Of a stretch of 32,000 nucleotides of DNA, positions 1-7,565 are shown one piece after another; position 1 is the first letter of the stretch, and every line of letters begins with the position of its first letter. Both the position numbers and the translations under genes were made by a program. The notes beneath the pieces are model-generated. The model was given only the letters and a program-made list of their open reading frames with translations, was not told where the DNA came from and searched no databases. Source of the DNA: Candidatus Electrothrix yaqonensis (GTDB lineage: Bacteria; Desulfobacterota; Desulfobulbia; Desulfobulbales; Desulfobulbaceae). The stretch covers positions 2,100,001 to 2,132,000 of the forward strand of contig CP178758.1 of the NCBI GenBank assembly GCA_047651235.1. Direction: 5' to 3'.

Positions 1-198
1 AAGGGTCTTACGTATACTCTAGTCAATAATGCGGAAAATGATGCCCCTTTTGCCCAAAGGGGCGGACAAAAAGAATTAAGAGAAAGGTACAACGGCACTA
101 AAAAACGGAAACAAAGGAATACAGAGAAGATAGAAACATCAAAAAAACGCGCGCGAAAAGAGACCGCAAAGGAAGGCGGAATCAATGACGATAAGTGA
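1..198 (+). CDS. 3' end of an unidentified CDS entering from the left edge (partial)
   Basis: Frame +1 is open from base 1 to TGA 196-198 (65 codons, ...NGTKKRKQRNTEKIETSKKRARKETAKEGGINDDK). It is missing from the ORF track because no start lies in the window. Lys/Arg/Glu-rich tail, no family recognised. It could instead be non-coding purine-rich spacer. Confidence 0.3.
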   Translation, partial: KGLTYTLVNNAENDAPFAQRGGQKELRERYNGTKKRKQRNTEKIETSKKRARKETAKEGGINDDK

Positions 199-365
199 GG
201 AGCGGGAAGGTGGAATGCGATAATGCGATAGGCAAAAAATGCTGAAACACGGCTTCAAGAAAAGCATACACGGCAACTGGGGCTTCTGGAAAAAAGGGCG
301 GAAATAGTTGACTCCAGGAAGTGCTAACTCCGGAGATGAGGTGGAAGAATGAAAGGTATACCTCA

Positions 366-1010
366 ATGAGCAAAGATATGAACATGAACACTCTACCCGT
401 ACTGACCATCCTGTTCTGGGCTGTTTTTCTGATCGGTTCCTGGTTCTTGCCCGGCGTGTTCAGGCAGGATATGATTCAGTTTCCGATCACAGTCATCCTG
501 TCCGTTTTCCTGTCTGTCAGCTTCTGGGAGCTGGCCAAAGCAGGGAAAACCTTCTTTGCTCTGTCCGTTGTCGGGATATTCTGCTTCAACGTGTCTGTCC
601 TGCTGTTTGCCGTCCAGGGCAGTTACTCTGCCCGGCAGGCCCTGGCCGGGGAGCTCAACAAGGGGATAGAACCGGGATTTGCTCAATATGTCGAGACAGC
701 AGTCAGCGGCGATAAACGCAGGCTTGCTGCGCAGATCATCTACCGGCAGCACGGTACGGCGCTGCCCTACAAAGATGGCAACGGTTCCTATACCCTGTAT
801 TCACCAACTGAGACGGATAAAGAAAAGCATCGGAAGAACTTTTTTGCCGCAAATGACCTCAAGGTCAGAAGCATGGCCCTTTCCTCCTCCCTGCTGACTG
901 CTGTTGTCCTGCTGCTCCTCCATGTTGCCCTGTTTACAGGCCTGCTGATTTTCCTTGTCCTTTATGACAGCCGAAGGGGCAACGGACAGCACGGATCTGT
1001 CGGTACTTGA
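366..1010 (+). CDS. hypothetical integral membrane protein
   Basis: ORF track 321..1010 begins at GTG. The in-frame ATG at 366 is preceded by AAAGG (351-355). By eye there are about three N-terminal hydrophobic helices, a soluble middle and one C-terminal helix. No family recognised. Confidence 0.55.
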   Translation: MSKDMNMNTLPVLTILFWAVFLIGSWFLPGVFRQDMIQFPITVILSVFLSVSFWELAKAGKTFFALSVVGIFCFNVSVLLFAVQGSYSARQALAGELNKGIEPGFAQYVETAVSGDKRRLAAQIIYRQHGTALPYKDGNGSYTLYSPTETDKEKHRKNFFAANDLKVRSMALSSSLLTAVVLLLLHVALFTGLLIFLVLYDSRRGNGQHGSVGT

Positions 1011-1080
1011 TCCTCCGCCTCCTAATCAGCTGTTTTCATACCGCCTCTCCAGGTCCCCGGTCGAAGGCCGGAGCTTTTGC

Positions 1081-1109
1081 TTGCCTGAATCCTTCTTTTC
1101 TGGTATTGT
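1081..1109 (+). promoter_or_regulatory. candidate sigma70 promoter for the carboxylase operon
   Basis: TTGCCT (1081-1086), 17-nt spacer, TATTGT (1104-1109). Each hexamer matches consensus at 4/6. Placement upstream of the biotin carboxylase gene fits, but the match is weak. Confidence 0.3.
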
Positions 1110-1250
1110 TTCCCGCTTTATCCCGAAGTTAGCGGCTCAGCCGAGCCGCCGCCATATACCGCAGTCACCATAATCCGGCTTCTTTCCGGATTGACCGGCG
1201 TCCAGCAGTCAAGTCAATACCAATCCAAAATATCAGCAAAGGATGAACCA

Positions 1251-2693
1251 GTGAAGACCAAAATACTCGTTGCCAACCGGGGAGAAATAGCCATCCGGAT
1301 TATCCGGGCTATTCAGGAACTGAATTATGAAGCTGTGGCTATCTATGAAACACCTGATAAGGATTCCAGACATATACGGGTTGCCGACGAGGCAGTCTGG
1401 ATCGGCGACGGCCCGCGCTGCGATTATCTGAATATCGAAAAAGTGATCAAGGCCGCTGTCAGAAACGGGGTTAGCGCGATTCATCCGGGCTACGGATTTC
1501 TGGCTGAAAATGCCGATTTCGCCAAGGCGTGTGAGAATGCAGGCATTATCTTTATCGGCCCTGCTTCAGAGACCATCAGCAGCCTGGGCAACAAGGTTAT
1601 GGCCCGGACGATCATGGCTGAAGCCGGAATCCCAATGGTGCCGGGCACCCAGAACCTGAAGGCCGGAGATGAGGGGCTGGAGGAAGCCAGAGAATTCGGC
1701 AGAAAATACGGCTATCCCATTATGCTTAAGGCCACCTCCGGCGGCGGCGGTCGGGGAATCCGGCGGGTCGAGAACGAAAAAGAGCTGGCAGAACAGTACA
1801 GCATCGCCCGCACAGAGGCCCAGGCTGCCTTTAACGATGACTCCGTATATCTGGAAAAGGTGGTGGTCAAGCCCAAGCATATCGAGGTGCAGATCATTGC
1901 TGATAAAAACGGAAATACTGTGCATCTCGGCACCAGAGACTGCTCCATCCAGCGCCGCAATCAGAAGCTGGTTGAGATCGCCCCGGCATTTCAGCTCACC
2001 CCGGAGCAGCAGGAGGATATCAGCCAAACTGCTGTCCGGGCCGCCAAGGCTGCCAACTACTTCAATGCAGGCACAGTGGAATTCCTTTTTGACAGCGACG
2101 GCAGCTATTACTTCATGGAGATCAACACCCGCCTGCAGGTGGAGCATACTGTCTCCGAGATGATCACCGGTATCGACATTGTCCGTACCCAGATCAAACT
2201 GGCCTTGGGCAAGGAACTGCTTTTCAGCCAGGATGATGTGCAGTTGCGCGGCCATGCTGTGGAGCTGCGGATCAATGCTGAAGATCCGAAAAATAACTTC
2301 ATGCCTGAAGGCGGCAAGACCGTTCGGGTCTATCGTTCACCCGGCGGCTACGGTGTCCGGCTGGACGGCTTCTGCTATCAGGGCTATACTATTCCTCAGG
2401 TCTATGATTCTCTGCTGGTCAAACTGACCGTGTTCGGTTGGTCCTGGTCTGAGACTGTGGACAGGCTCAGGCGTTGCCTGAACAACTTTGTTATCAGCGG
2501 TCCAAAGACGACCATTCCTTTTTTTCTCCGTTTGCTGCAGGAGCCTGATTTTCAGGAAGGTCACTTTGACACCTCTTTTCTTGACACCCATGAAGGGCTG
2601 CTGGAGTATGAAGAGGATGCCAGCGAGGTGAACAAGCTGGCCCGTCTGATCGCCGAAATTCATCAGAAAGGCGAAAATACCTATGCGGCGTAA
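1251..2693 (+). CDS. biotin carboxylase subunit (pyruvate carboxylase subunit A / AccC-type)
   Basis: ORF track 1191..2693 starts at TTG. The in-frame GTG at 1251 has AAGGA upstream and gives MKTKILVANRGEIAIRIIRA, the usual N-terminus. ATP-grasp glycine loop KATSGGGGRGI and the MEINTRLQVEH motif are present. Confidence 0.95.
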   Translation: MKTKILVANRGEIAIRIIRAIQELNYEAVAIYETPDKDSRHIRVADEAVWIGDGPRCDYLNIEKVIKAAVRNGVSAIHPGYGFLAENADFAKACENAGIIFIGPASETISSLGNKVMARTIMAEAGIPMVPGTQNLKAGDEGLEEAREFGRKYGYPIMLKATSGGGGRGIRRVENEKELAEQYSIARTEAQAAFNDDSVYLEKVVVKPKHIEVQIIADKNGNTVHLGTRDCSIQRRNQKLVEIAPAFQLTPEQQEDISQTAVRAAKAANYFNAGTVEFLFDSDGSYYFMEINTRLQVEHTVSEMITGIDIVRTQIKLALGKELLFSQDDVQLRGHAVELRINAEDPKNNFMPEGGKTVRVYRSPGGYGVRLDGFCYQGYTIPQVYDSLLVKLTVFGWSWSETVDRLRRCLNNFVISGPKTTIPFFLRLLQEPDFQEGHFDTSFLDTHEGLLEYEEDASEVNKLARLIAEIHQKGENTYAA

Positions 2694-2810
2694 GGGATTC
2701 TCCGAAAAATAAGTTTCCCGCCTTCGGTGCACCTGTAGGGGCAGATCCGCGTGTCTGCCCGGTATGCAGGATAATCACGAACATATTACGGACTTTACGG
2801 ATACAGAGCT

Positions 2811-4727
2811 ATGACACGAATTACCCAGGACATGGATACGGCCGCAGTGGTGAATACGCTGCGGAATGCTGATGCTGACGGCTATTATATTACCAACACG
2901 GCCAGGGACATGTCCCAGTCCGATTATAAAAACCGCATCCTGCTGCACACCGACCTGATGGCCGCTTCTGCACGGGAGAAAGCCGGGTATTTTTCCTTGG
3001 AGATCACCGGCGGTGCCTCGGTGCATGTGGATATTCTGCGCAAGCAGGTTGACCCTTTTCTCAAGCTGGAACTGCTGCGCGAGGCCATGCCGGACACCAT
3101 GTTCCAGACCCTGTGCCGGGGCGTGAACCTGTTTGGTTACCGGCCCTACCCGCAAAACGTGATTCGCTTCACGGTGCGGGAGTTTGCCAAATACGTGGAT
3201 GTCTGGCGGACCTTTGACTTCATGAACCATATTCCCAATATGCAGGCCGTGTTCGAGGAAGTGGCCAAGGCAGGCAAGATCAATGAGCCCTGCATCTGTT
3301 TTTCCACCGGTCCGGAGCATACCAACGACTACTATATCAGGAAGGTGCAGGAAATCCTGGATGTCACCGGCGAGGATATCACCCTGTGCATCAAGAATCA
3401 CGGCGGCCTGGGCACCCCGCGCCGCATCGGCGAGCTGGTAGATGCGGTCAAGCAGGCCTACCCGGATATCATCATCCACTATCACGGCCATAACACTGAC
3501 GGCAACGACGTGGGCCGCATTGTCGAGGCCGTACTCAACGGGGCAAAGATCGTTGATGCCTCGGATCATGCCTTTACCGGGTTCTACGGCCCGCCGCCCA
3601 TCCTGACTGTTATCCAGACCCTGAAAGATCTGGGCAAGACCGCCATCGGCATCGATGAAGAGGCGGTGATCGAATCCTCGGACGTCATCCGGGATGAGCG
3701 CCAGTACTATGCCCAGTTTGAGTCCCAGATCAAGGGGTTTCAGCCTACAGTGCAGATTCACAAGCTGCCCGGCGGGGCAATGGGTTCCAGTCTGGAGCAG
3801 GCCGTCAAAGGCGGCTTCCTGGATAAGATGCCGGACATCCTGCATAAGGAGCTGCCCAAGGTGCAGAAGGAACTGGGCAACTACTGGAGCGTCACCCCCG
3901 GTTCTCAGATCCTCTGGACCACTGCGGTCTCCAATGTCCAGAACGGTCGCTACGAGTCACCTTCCGGTGACCTGAAAAATTTGCTTCTGGGCAAATACGG
4001 CCCGTTCCCCTTTTACCAGCCGGAAGACTCGATCTACGAGAAGGTCTTTGGTGTGGACTGGAAAACCATCCTTGAGGAACAGGGCGGCATTGAAGAAATC
4101 GAGGATATGGATATCGAGCAGGAGCGGGAGACCCTGACCGAACGCTTAGGCTATGAACCCACGGAGCAACAGCTGGTTACCTATCTCCAGCACCCCAACG
4201 ATGCAGTAAATTTCTTTCAGTTTGAAGAGAAGTTCGGCAAATCCTATGTCCTGCCGCCGTCCATCTTCCTGCGTCAGGACGGCTTCGGGTTAGGAGAAAG
4301 CATCACCTTCCGGGATCATTTCGGCAAGGAGCATCTGCTGGAAGTCGGGCCTGTGCAGCAGAACGACGACGGCGAAACCAATGTCTACCTCAATGTGGAT
4401 CACCACGAGCGGGTCTATGTGTTTGAGCCGGAGGTGGCGGAAGGGGGAGCTGGTGCCCGCGCCGTGACCCTGTCCAAAGAGGAGATCGAGGAACTGGCTG
4501 CTGCCGGTGACATCCGCGCTCCTTTTGCTGGCAATGTCTGCGCAATCAACGTCAAGATCGATCAGGAGGTTGCCGAAGGCGATCAGGTGGTTGTGCTGGA
4601 GGCCATGAAGATGCAGACCCCGCTGGCCGCCGAGGTATCCGGCAAGGTGACGACAATCAACGCCAAGGTCGGTGATGCCCTGCAACCGGGAGATAAGATT
4701 CTGAAGATCGAGCAGGATGAAAAGTAG
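2811..4727 (+). CDS. carboxyltransferase + biotin carboxyl carrier fusion (pyruvate carboxylase subunit B / oxaloacetate decarboxylase alpha-like)
   Basis: 638 aa. N-terminal HMGL-like carboxyltransferase with RD..QS, LCIKN and HYHGHNTDG motifs. C-terminal biotinyl domain carries the VLEAMKMQ biotinylation motif. It lies directly downstream of the biotin carboxylase. Confidence 0.9.
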   Translation: MTRITQDMDTAAVVNTLRNADADGYYITNTARDMSQSDYKNRILLHTDLMAASAREKAGYFSLEITGGASVHVDILRKQVDPFLKLELLREAMPDTMFQTLCRGVNLFGYRPYPQNVIRFTVREFAKYVDVWRTFDFMNHIPNMQAVFEEVAKAGKINEPCICFSTGPEHTNDYYIRKVQEILDVTGEDITLCIKNHGGLGTPRRIGELVDAVKQAYPDIIIHYHGHNTDGNDVGRIVEAVLNGAKIVDASDHAFTGFYGPPPILTVIQTLKDLGKTAIGIDEEAVIESSDVIRDERQYYAQFESQIKGFQPTVQIHKLPGGAMGSSLEQAVKGGFLDKMPDILHKELPKVQKELGNYWSVTPGSQILWTTAVSNVQNGRYESPSGDLKNLLLGKYGPFPFYQPEDSIYEKVFGVDWKTILEEQGGIEEIEDMDIEQERETLTERLGYEPTEQQLVTYLQHPNDAVNFFQFEEKFGKSYVLPPSIFLRQDGFGLGESITFRDHFGKEHLLEVGPVQQNDDGETNVYLNVDHHERVYVFEPEVAEGGAGARAVTLSKEEIEELAAAGDIRAPFAGNVCAINVKIDQEVAEGDQVVVLEAMKMQTPLAAEVSGKVTTINAKVGDALQPGDKILKIEQDEK

Positions 4728-4785
4728 CTCCTGTTTCCGTAAGGGCATGGCATGCCGTGTAAGATAAGAGGGCATAAGGATGAGG

Positions 4786-4830
4786 CTGTTTCCGCGTGGA
4801 TACGGGATGCTGCGCAACACGCGGAAGCGG
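4786..4830. repeat. inverted repeat / stem-loop downstream of the carboxylase operon
   Basis: Perfect 9-bp arms TTCCGCGTG (4790-4798) and CACGCGGAA (4818-4826). As RNA these extend to 13 bp with two G-U pairs (4786-4798 / 4818-4830), with a 19-nt loop. No U-run follows. Confidence 0.5.
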
Positions 4831-4864
4831 TTGAGGATATACTGATGTCCGAGTTCAGAATCAG

Positions 4865-4902
4865 CCGGGTGCTGCATCCGGCCTGCGGCAGCGGCGGAAT
4901 TT
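4865..4902. repeat. left copy of 38-bp direct repeat bracketing the R-M cassette
   Basis: CCGGGTGCTGCATCCGGCCTGCGGCAGCGGCGGAATTT matches 7051-7088 at 36/38 positions, and the first 27 nt are identical. Confidence 0.9.
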
Positions 4903-4944
4903 TTTGAAACAATTATGAAGTGACTCTGGAGGTATATAGTCGAT

Positions 4945-5859
4945 ATGACTCTTGAAGATGATTTAAAGCACTCCAGAGAACATGAAATGCGTACATACCT
5001 CAATTCCATGAAGGCAATGTATGACAATGCTTTGGCGCAGAACGGAGAACTCTATGACATAGCGAGAGAATCCACGAGAGATTTTCAGAATATTACTGCC
5101 GCTGCAATCTGCGTCGATTCCAGAATTATCAAAATTCTTCGCTACGCAATTGCCCCTTCAATCAGCCAGATGAAGTTTGGTCAGTTCTTTGGCATGGGTT
5201 CGATTGACAAGTTTGAAAACGACCGTTTGGAACCCGACACCGCAAAGTACAATGCGTTGTGCAGGATTGCGCCGCAAATTGCACAGTTTTCGACTCAGAA
5301 TCTTGATCACAATCGTTTTATCTGGGTTATGGAAGATGCCGGGAAGATAACAGATCGATTGCTGGCGAGTGAATATGCCAAGGGATGGACCTGCTCAATT
5401 GCGGCTGATCAGAATGCGCAGACACGTTATCGCAACTGGCGGAAGAATCTGCAGGAACACGCAATTGCCACAGAGTTAGTGGAACTCGGTTATACCAAGT
5501 CTTCGTTCTCTGGAATCGTTCGTAAGAATACTGACATCAAGATAGGGGAATTCACGCAGGAATTGAGAGTGCAGGGACGAACCCGTCAAAAAGCGGATCT
5601 TATCGCCCGAAGCAAAAAGACGAAGGAACTTGTGCTGCTTGAGGCCAAGGCTGTCGGGGTCGAGATAGATTCTACAAAGAGAATCAAGGAATGCTGTGAT
5701 AAAGCAAATGATTGGCGTGCTGCACAGGCTTTGAATAATCCGGTCGTGGCAACCGTTATTGCGGGCTTTTTCAATCGGACAGGCATTCAGAATCTGCTCG
5801 CATCAGAGATACGTGTTGTCTGGGAGCATAGGCTCAAGGACTTAGGGGAGATTTTGTGA
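4945..5859 (+). CDS. type II restriction endonuclease, PD-(D/E)XK, XamI-like
   Basis: 304 aa. Candidate catalytic core is ADLIARSKKTKELVLLEAKAVG (D...E-x-K). The LRYAIAPSISQ segment resembles what I remember of XamI-family enzymes. Its stop (TGA 5857-5859) overlaps the start of the adjacent C5 methyltransferase. GC is lower than in the flanking genes. Confidence 0.65.
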   Translation: MTLEDDLKHSREHEMRTYLNSMKAMYDNALAQNGELYDIARESTRDFQNITAAAICVDSRIIKILRYAIAPSISQMKFGQFFGMGSIDKFENDRLEPDTAKYNALCRIAPQIAQFSTQNLDHNRFIWVMEDAGKITDRLLASEYAKGWTCSIAADQNAQTRYRNWRKNLQEHAIATELVELGYTKSSFSGIVRKNTDIKIGEFTQELRVQGRTRQKADLIARSKKTKELVLLEAKAVGVEIDSTKRIKECCDKANDWRAAQALNNPVVATVIAGFFNRTGIQNLLASEIRVVWEHRLKDLGEIL

Positions 5860-7043
5860 TGAAACGGCCCAACTATATCAGTCTCTTCAGCGGAGCCGGG
5901 GGGCTTGACATCGGCTTGGAGCGGGCCGGTTTTAAAGCAGTCTCTTTCGGCGAGATTGAAGCGGTTTTTTGTGAAACCCTGCGTGAGAATCAGCAGTTCA
6001 GACACTCGGACGGTATTGACTATTTTGCTGACGCGATGATCCATAATGCTGATATCTGTGAGCTGGCAGGGAGTGATCTGGCTGTCGGCGAAGAGATTGA
6101 TTTAATCGTCGGCGGGCCGCCATGTCAGTCTTTTTCCAGTGCCGGACGGCAACTCAGCTTGCTGGATAATCGGGGCAGACTGGTCCACGAGTTTCTTCGC
6201 ATTGTGGATGAGTTGAAACCCAAAATGTTCCTGTTTGAGAATGTGCGAGGGCTTGTAACGGCACGGGATGTTTCGGGGGAACCCGGCGGTGTTATTTGCG
6301 ATCTTCTTGAACAGTTTCATGAAATCGGTTACAGCTGTCGGGCGGCCCTACTCAATGCAGCGGACTACGGTTCATACCAACGCCGCGTCAGATGCTTTAT
6401 TCTTGCCAGCCGACAAGGTCGTGCTCCGCTGTTTCCGGAACCGACGCATCAGAAATCTGAGAACCTTTTTTTGCGGAAGTGGCGATCTCTTGGGGAATTC
6501 CTCAGTCAGTTTGCCGATAAAGATCAGGCTAACTATACGTTCCCCACTGAGGAACTCGGCAGACAGCTTGAAAAAATTCCCGATGGAAGTGGTCTCAAGA
6601 GCAAGGGAAAGGCGGAGCCGACCCGGCCCAACGGTCATTGGGGCTACCGGCAGGGAACCTTTATTGCGGATCAGAGCCTGCCCGCGCGGACTGTAACCGG
6701 CTCTGCAAGTCAGGATTGGATACGGCATAACGGTGTGTTGCGGCGACTCACGTTGCGGGAGGTCATGCTTTTACAGGGCTTTCCTGAAGATTGGCGCATT
6801 GTCGGGACAAAGACGCAGAAGTACAAGCAGGTAGGAAATGCCGTGCCTGCTGTGTTCGGAGAACTTCTGGGTGCTGTCATCAGAAAGCATCTCACTGACT
6901 ACCCGACTGAACCTCCTGAGCGTATAGAATTGCCGAAATCGTTCAGAGGCTATATTGAATACACCAAGAAGGATCATGCGCGGAACGCCAGTTCCCGGAG
7001 TGTTCATCGGAAATTTAAGGGCAGGGCCGACAAAGCACTGTAG
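5856..7043 (+). CDS. DNA (cytosine-5)-methyltransferase
   Basis: Canonical C5-MTase motifs are present: I LFSGAGGLDIG, IV GGPPCQSFS, VI ENVRGL, VIII QRRVRCF, X GNAVP. Start is GTG 5856 or ATG 5859, with AGGGGAG at 5844-5850. Confidence 0.95.
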   Translation: MMKRPNYISLFSGAGGLDIGLERAGFKAVSFGEIEAVFCETLRENQQFRHSDGIDYFADAMIHNADICELAGSDLAVGEEIDLIVGGPPCQSFSSAGRQLSLLDNRGRLVHEFLRIVDELKPKMFLFENVRGLVTARDVSGEPGGVICDLLEQFHEIGYSCRAALLNAADYGSYQRRVRCFILASRQGRAPLFPEPTHQKSENLFLRKWRSLGEFLSQFADKDQANYTFPTEELGRQLEKIPDGSGLKSKGKAEPTRPNGHWGYRQGTFIADQSLPARTVTGSASQDWIRHNGVLRRLTLREVMLLQGFPEDWRIVGTKTQKYKQVGNAVPAVFGELLGAVIRKHLTDYPTEPPERIELPKSFRGYIEYTKKDHARNASSRSVHRKFKGRADKAL

Positions 7044-7050
7044 CCTTTAA

Positions 7051-7088
7051 CCGGGTGCTGCATCCGGCCTGCGGCAGTGGCGAAATTT
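7051..7088. repeat. right copy of 38-bp direct repeat bracketing the R-M cassette
   Basis: CCGGGTGCTGCATCCGGCCTGCGGCAGTGGCGAAATTT begins 7 nt after the MTase stop and matches 4865-4902 at 36/38 positions. Confidence 0.9.
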
Positions 7089-7398
7089 CGATCGAAGTTT
7101 TTTCTGGGATTGCGGAACCGATGAACAAGTCTATTCGTTGGATGCCGTTTTGCCGCTATTCATAACGCGCTCTCTGAAAAATAAGTTGTAAAATTGATCT
7201 CAGTGTTGTTGTCTGTCGAGCAGCAGTATACAGCAGAAGAAAGATACTTTCCCTTGTCCACAGCCGGAAAAATACTCTGTGTAATTTTCCCTTTACTCTA
7301 TTCAGGATTTTTTCAGTGCGTGATCAAAAAAGTGGGGGCTGAAAGAACGGAGAGAAGAAACGGTCGCGCCCACACTGAGCACAACCGTCTGATATAAC

Positions 7399-7475
7399 TG
7401 GAGCCGATATCCGGACTTGAACCGGAGACCTACTGATTACGAATCAGCCGCTCTACCAAACTGAGCTATATCGGC
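7399..7475 (-). tRNA. tRNA-Thr (anticodon CGT)
   Basis: The reverse complement folds as a cloverleaf: GCCGATA/TATCGGC acceptor, GCTC..GAGC D-arm, anticodon loop TTCGTAA (CGT), TCCGG-TTCAAGT-CCGGA T-arm. CCA is encoded. Confidence 0.9.
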
Positions 7476-7565
7476 ATTGTTTTCTGTATGGTATCATCGG
7501 GCATTGAACCGATGAACAATTTGAGCTTTATCCATATAGCTGGTTTGTGATATAGTGTCAAGGCC

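Noticed and set aside
2739-2760. Hairpin GGGCAGA-TCCGCGTG-TCTGCCC between the two carboxylase genes
   Set aside because: A 7-bp stem with no U-run. Such stems are expected by chance several times in 32 kb, so there is not enough to call an attenuator.
2775-3845. 356-aa ORF on the - strand
   Set aside because: Antisense shadow of the carboxyltransferase gene, with no recognisable motifs. The same reasoning applies to 1566..2255 (-) inside the biotin carboxylase gene.
7194-7397. 67-aa TTG-start ORF next to tRNA-Thr
   Set aside because: Non-ATG start, no RBS, an end abutting the tRNA, and no recognisable features. I treat the region as unassigned spacer.
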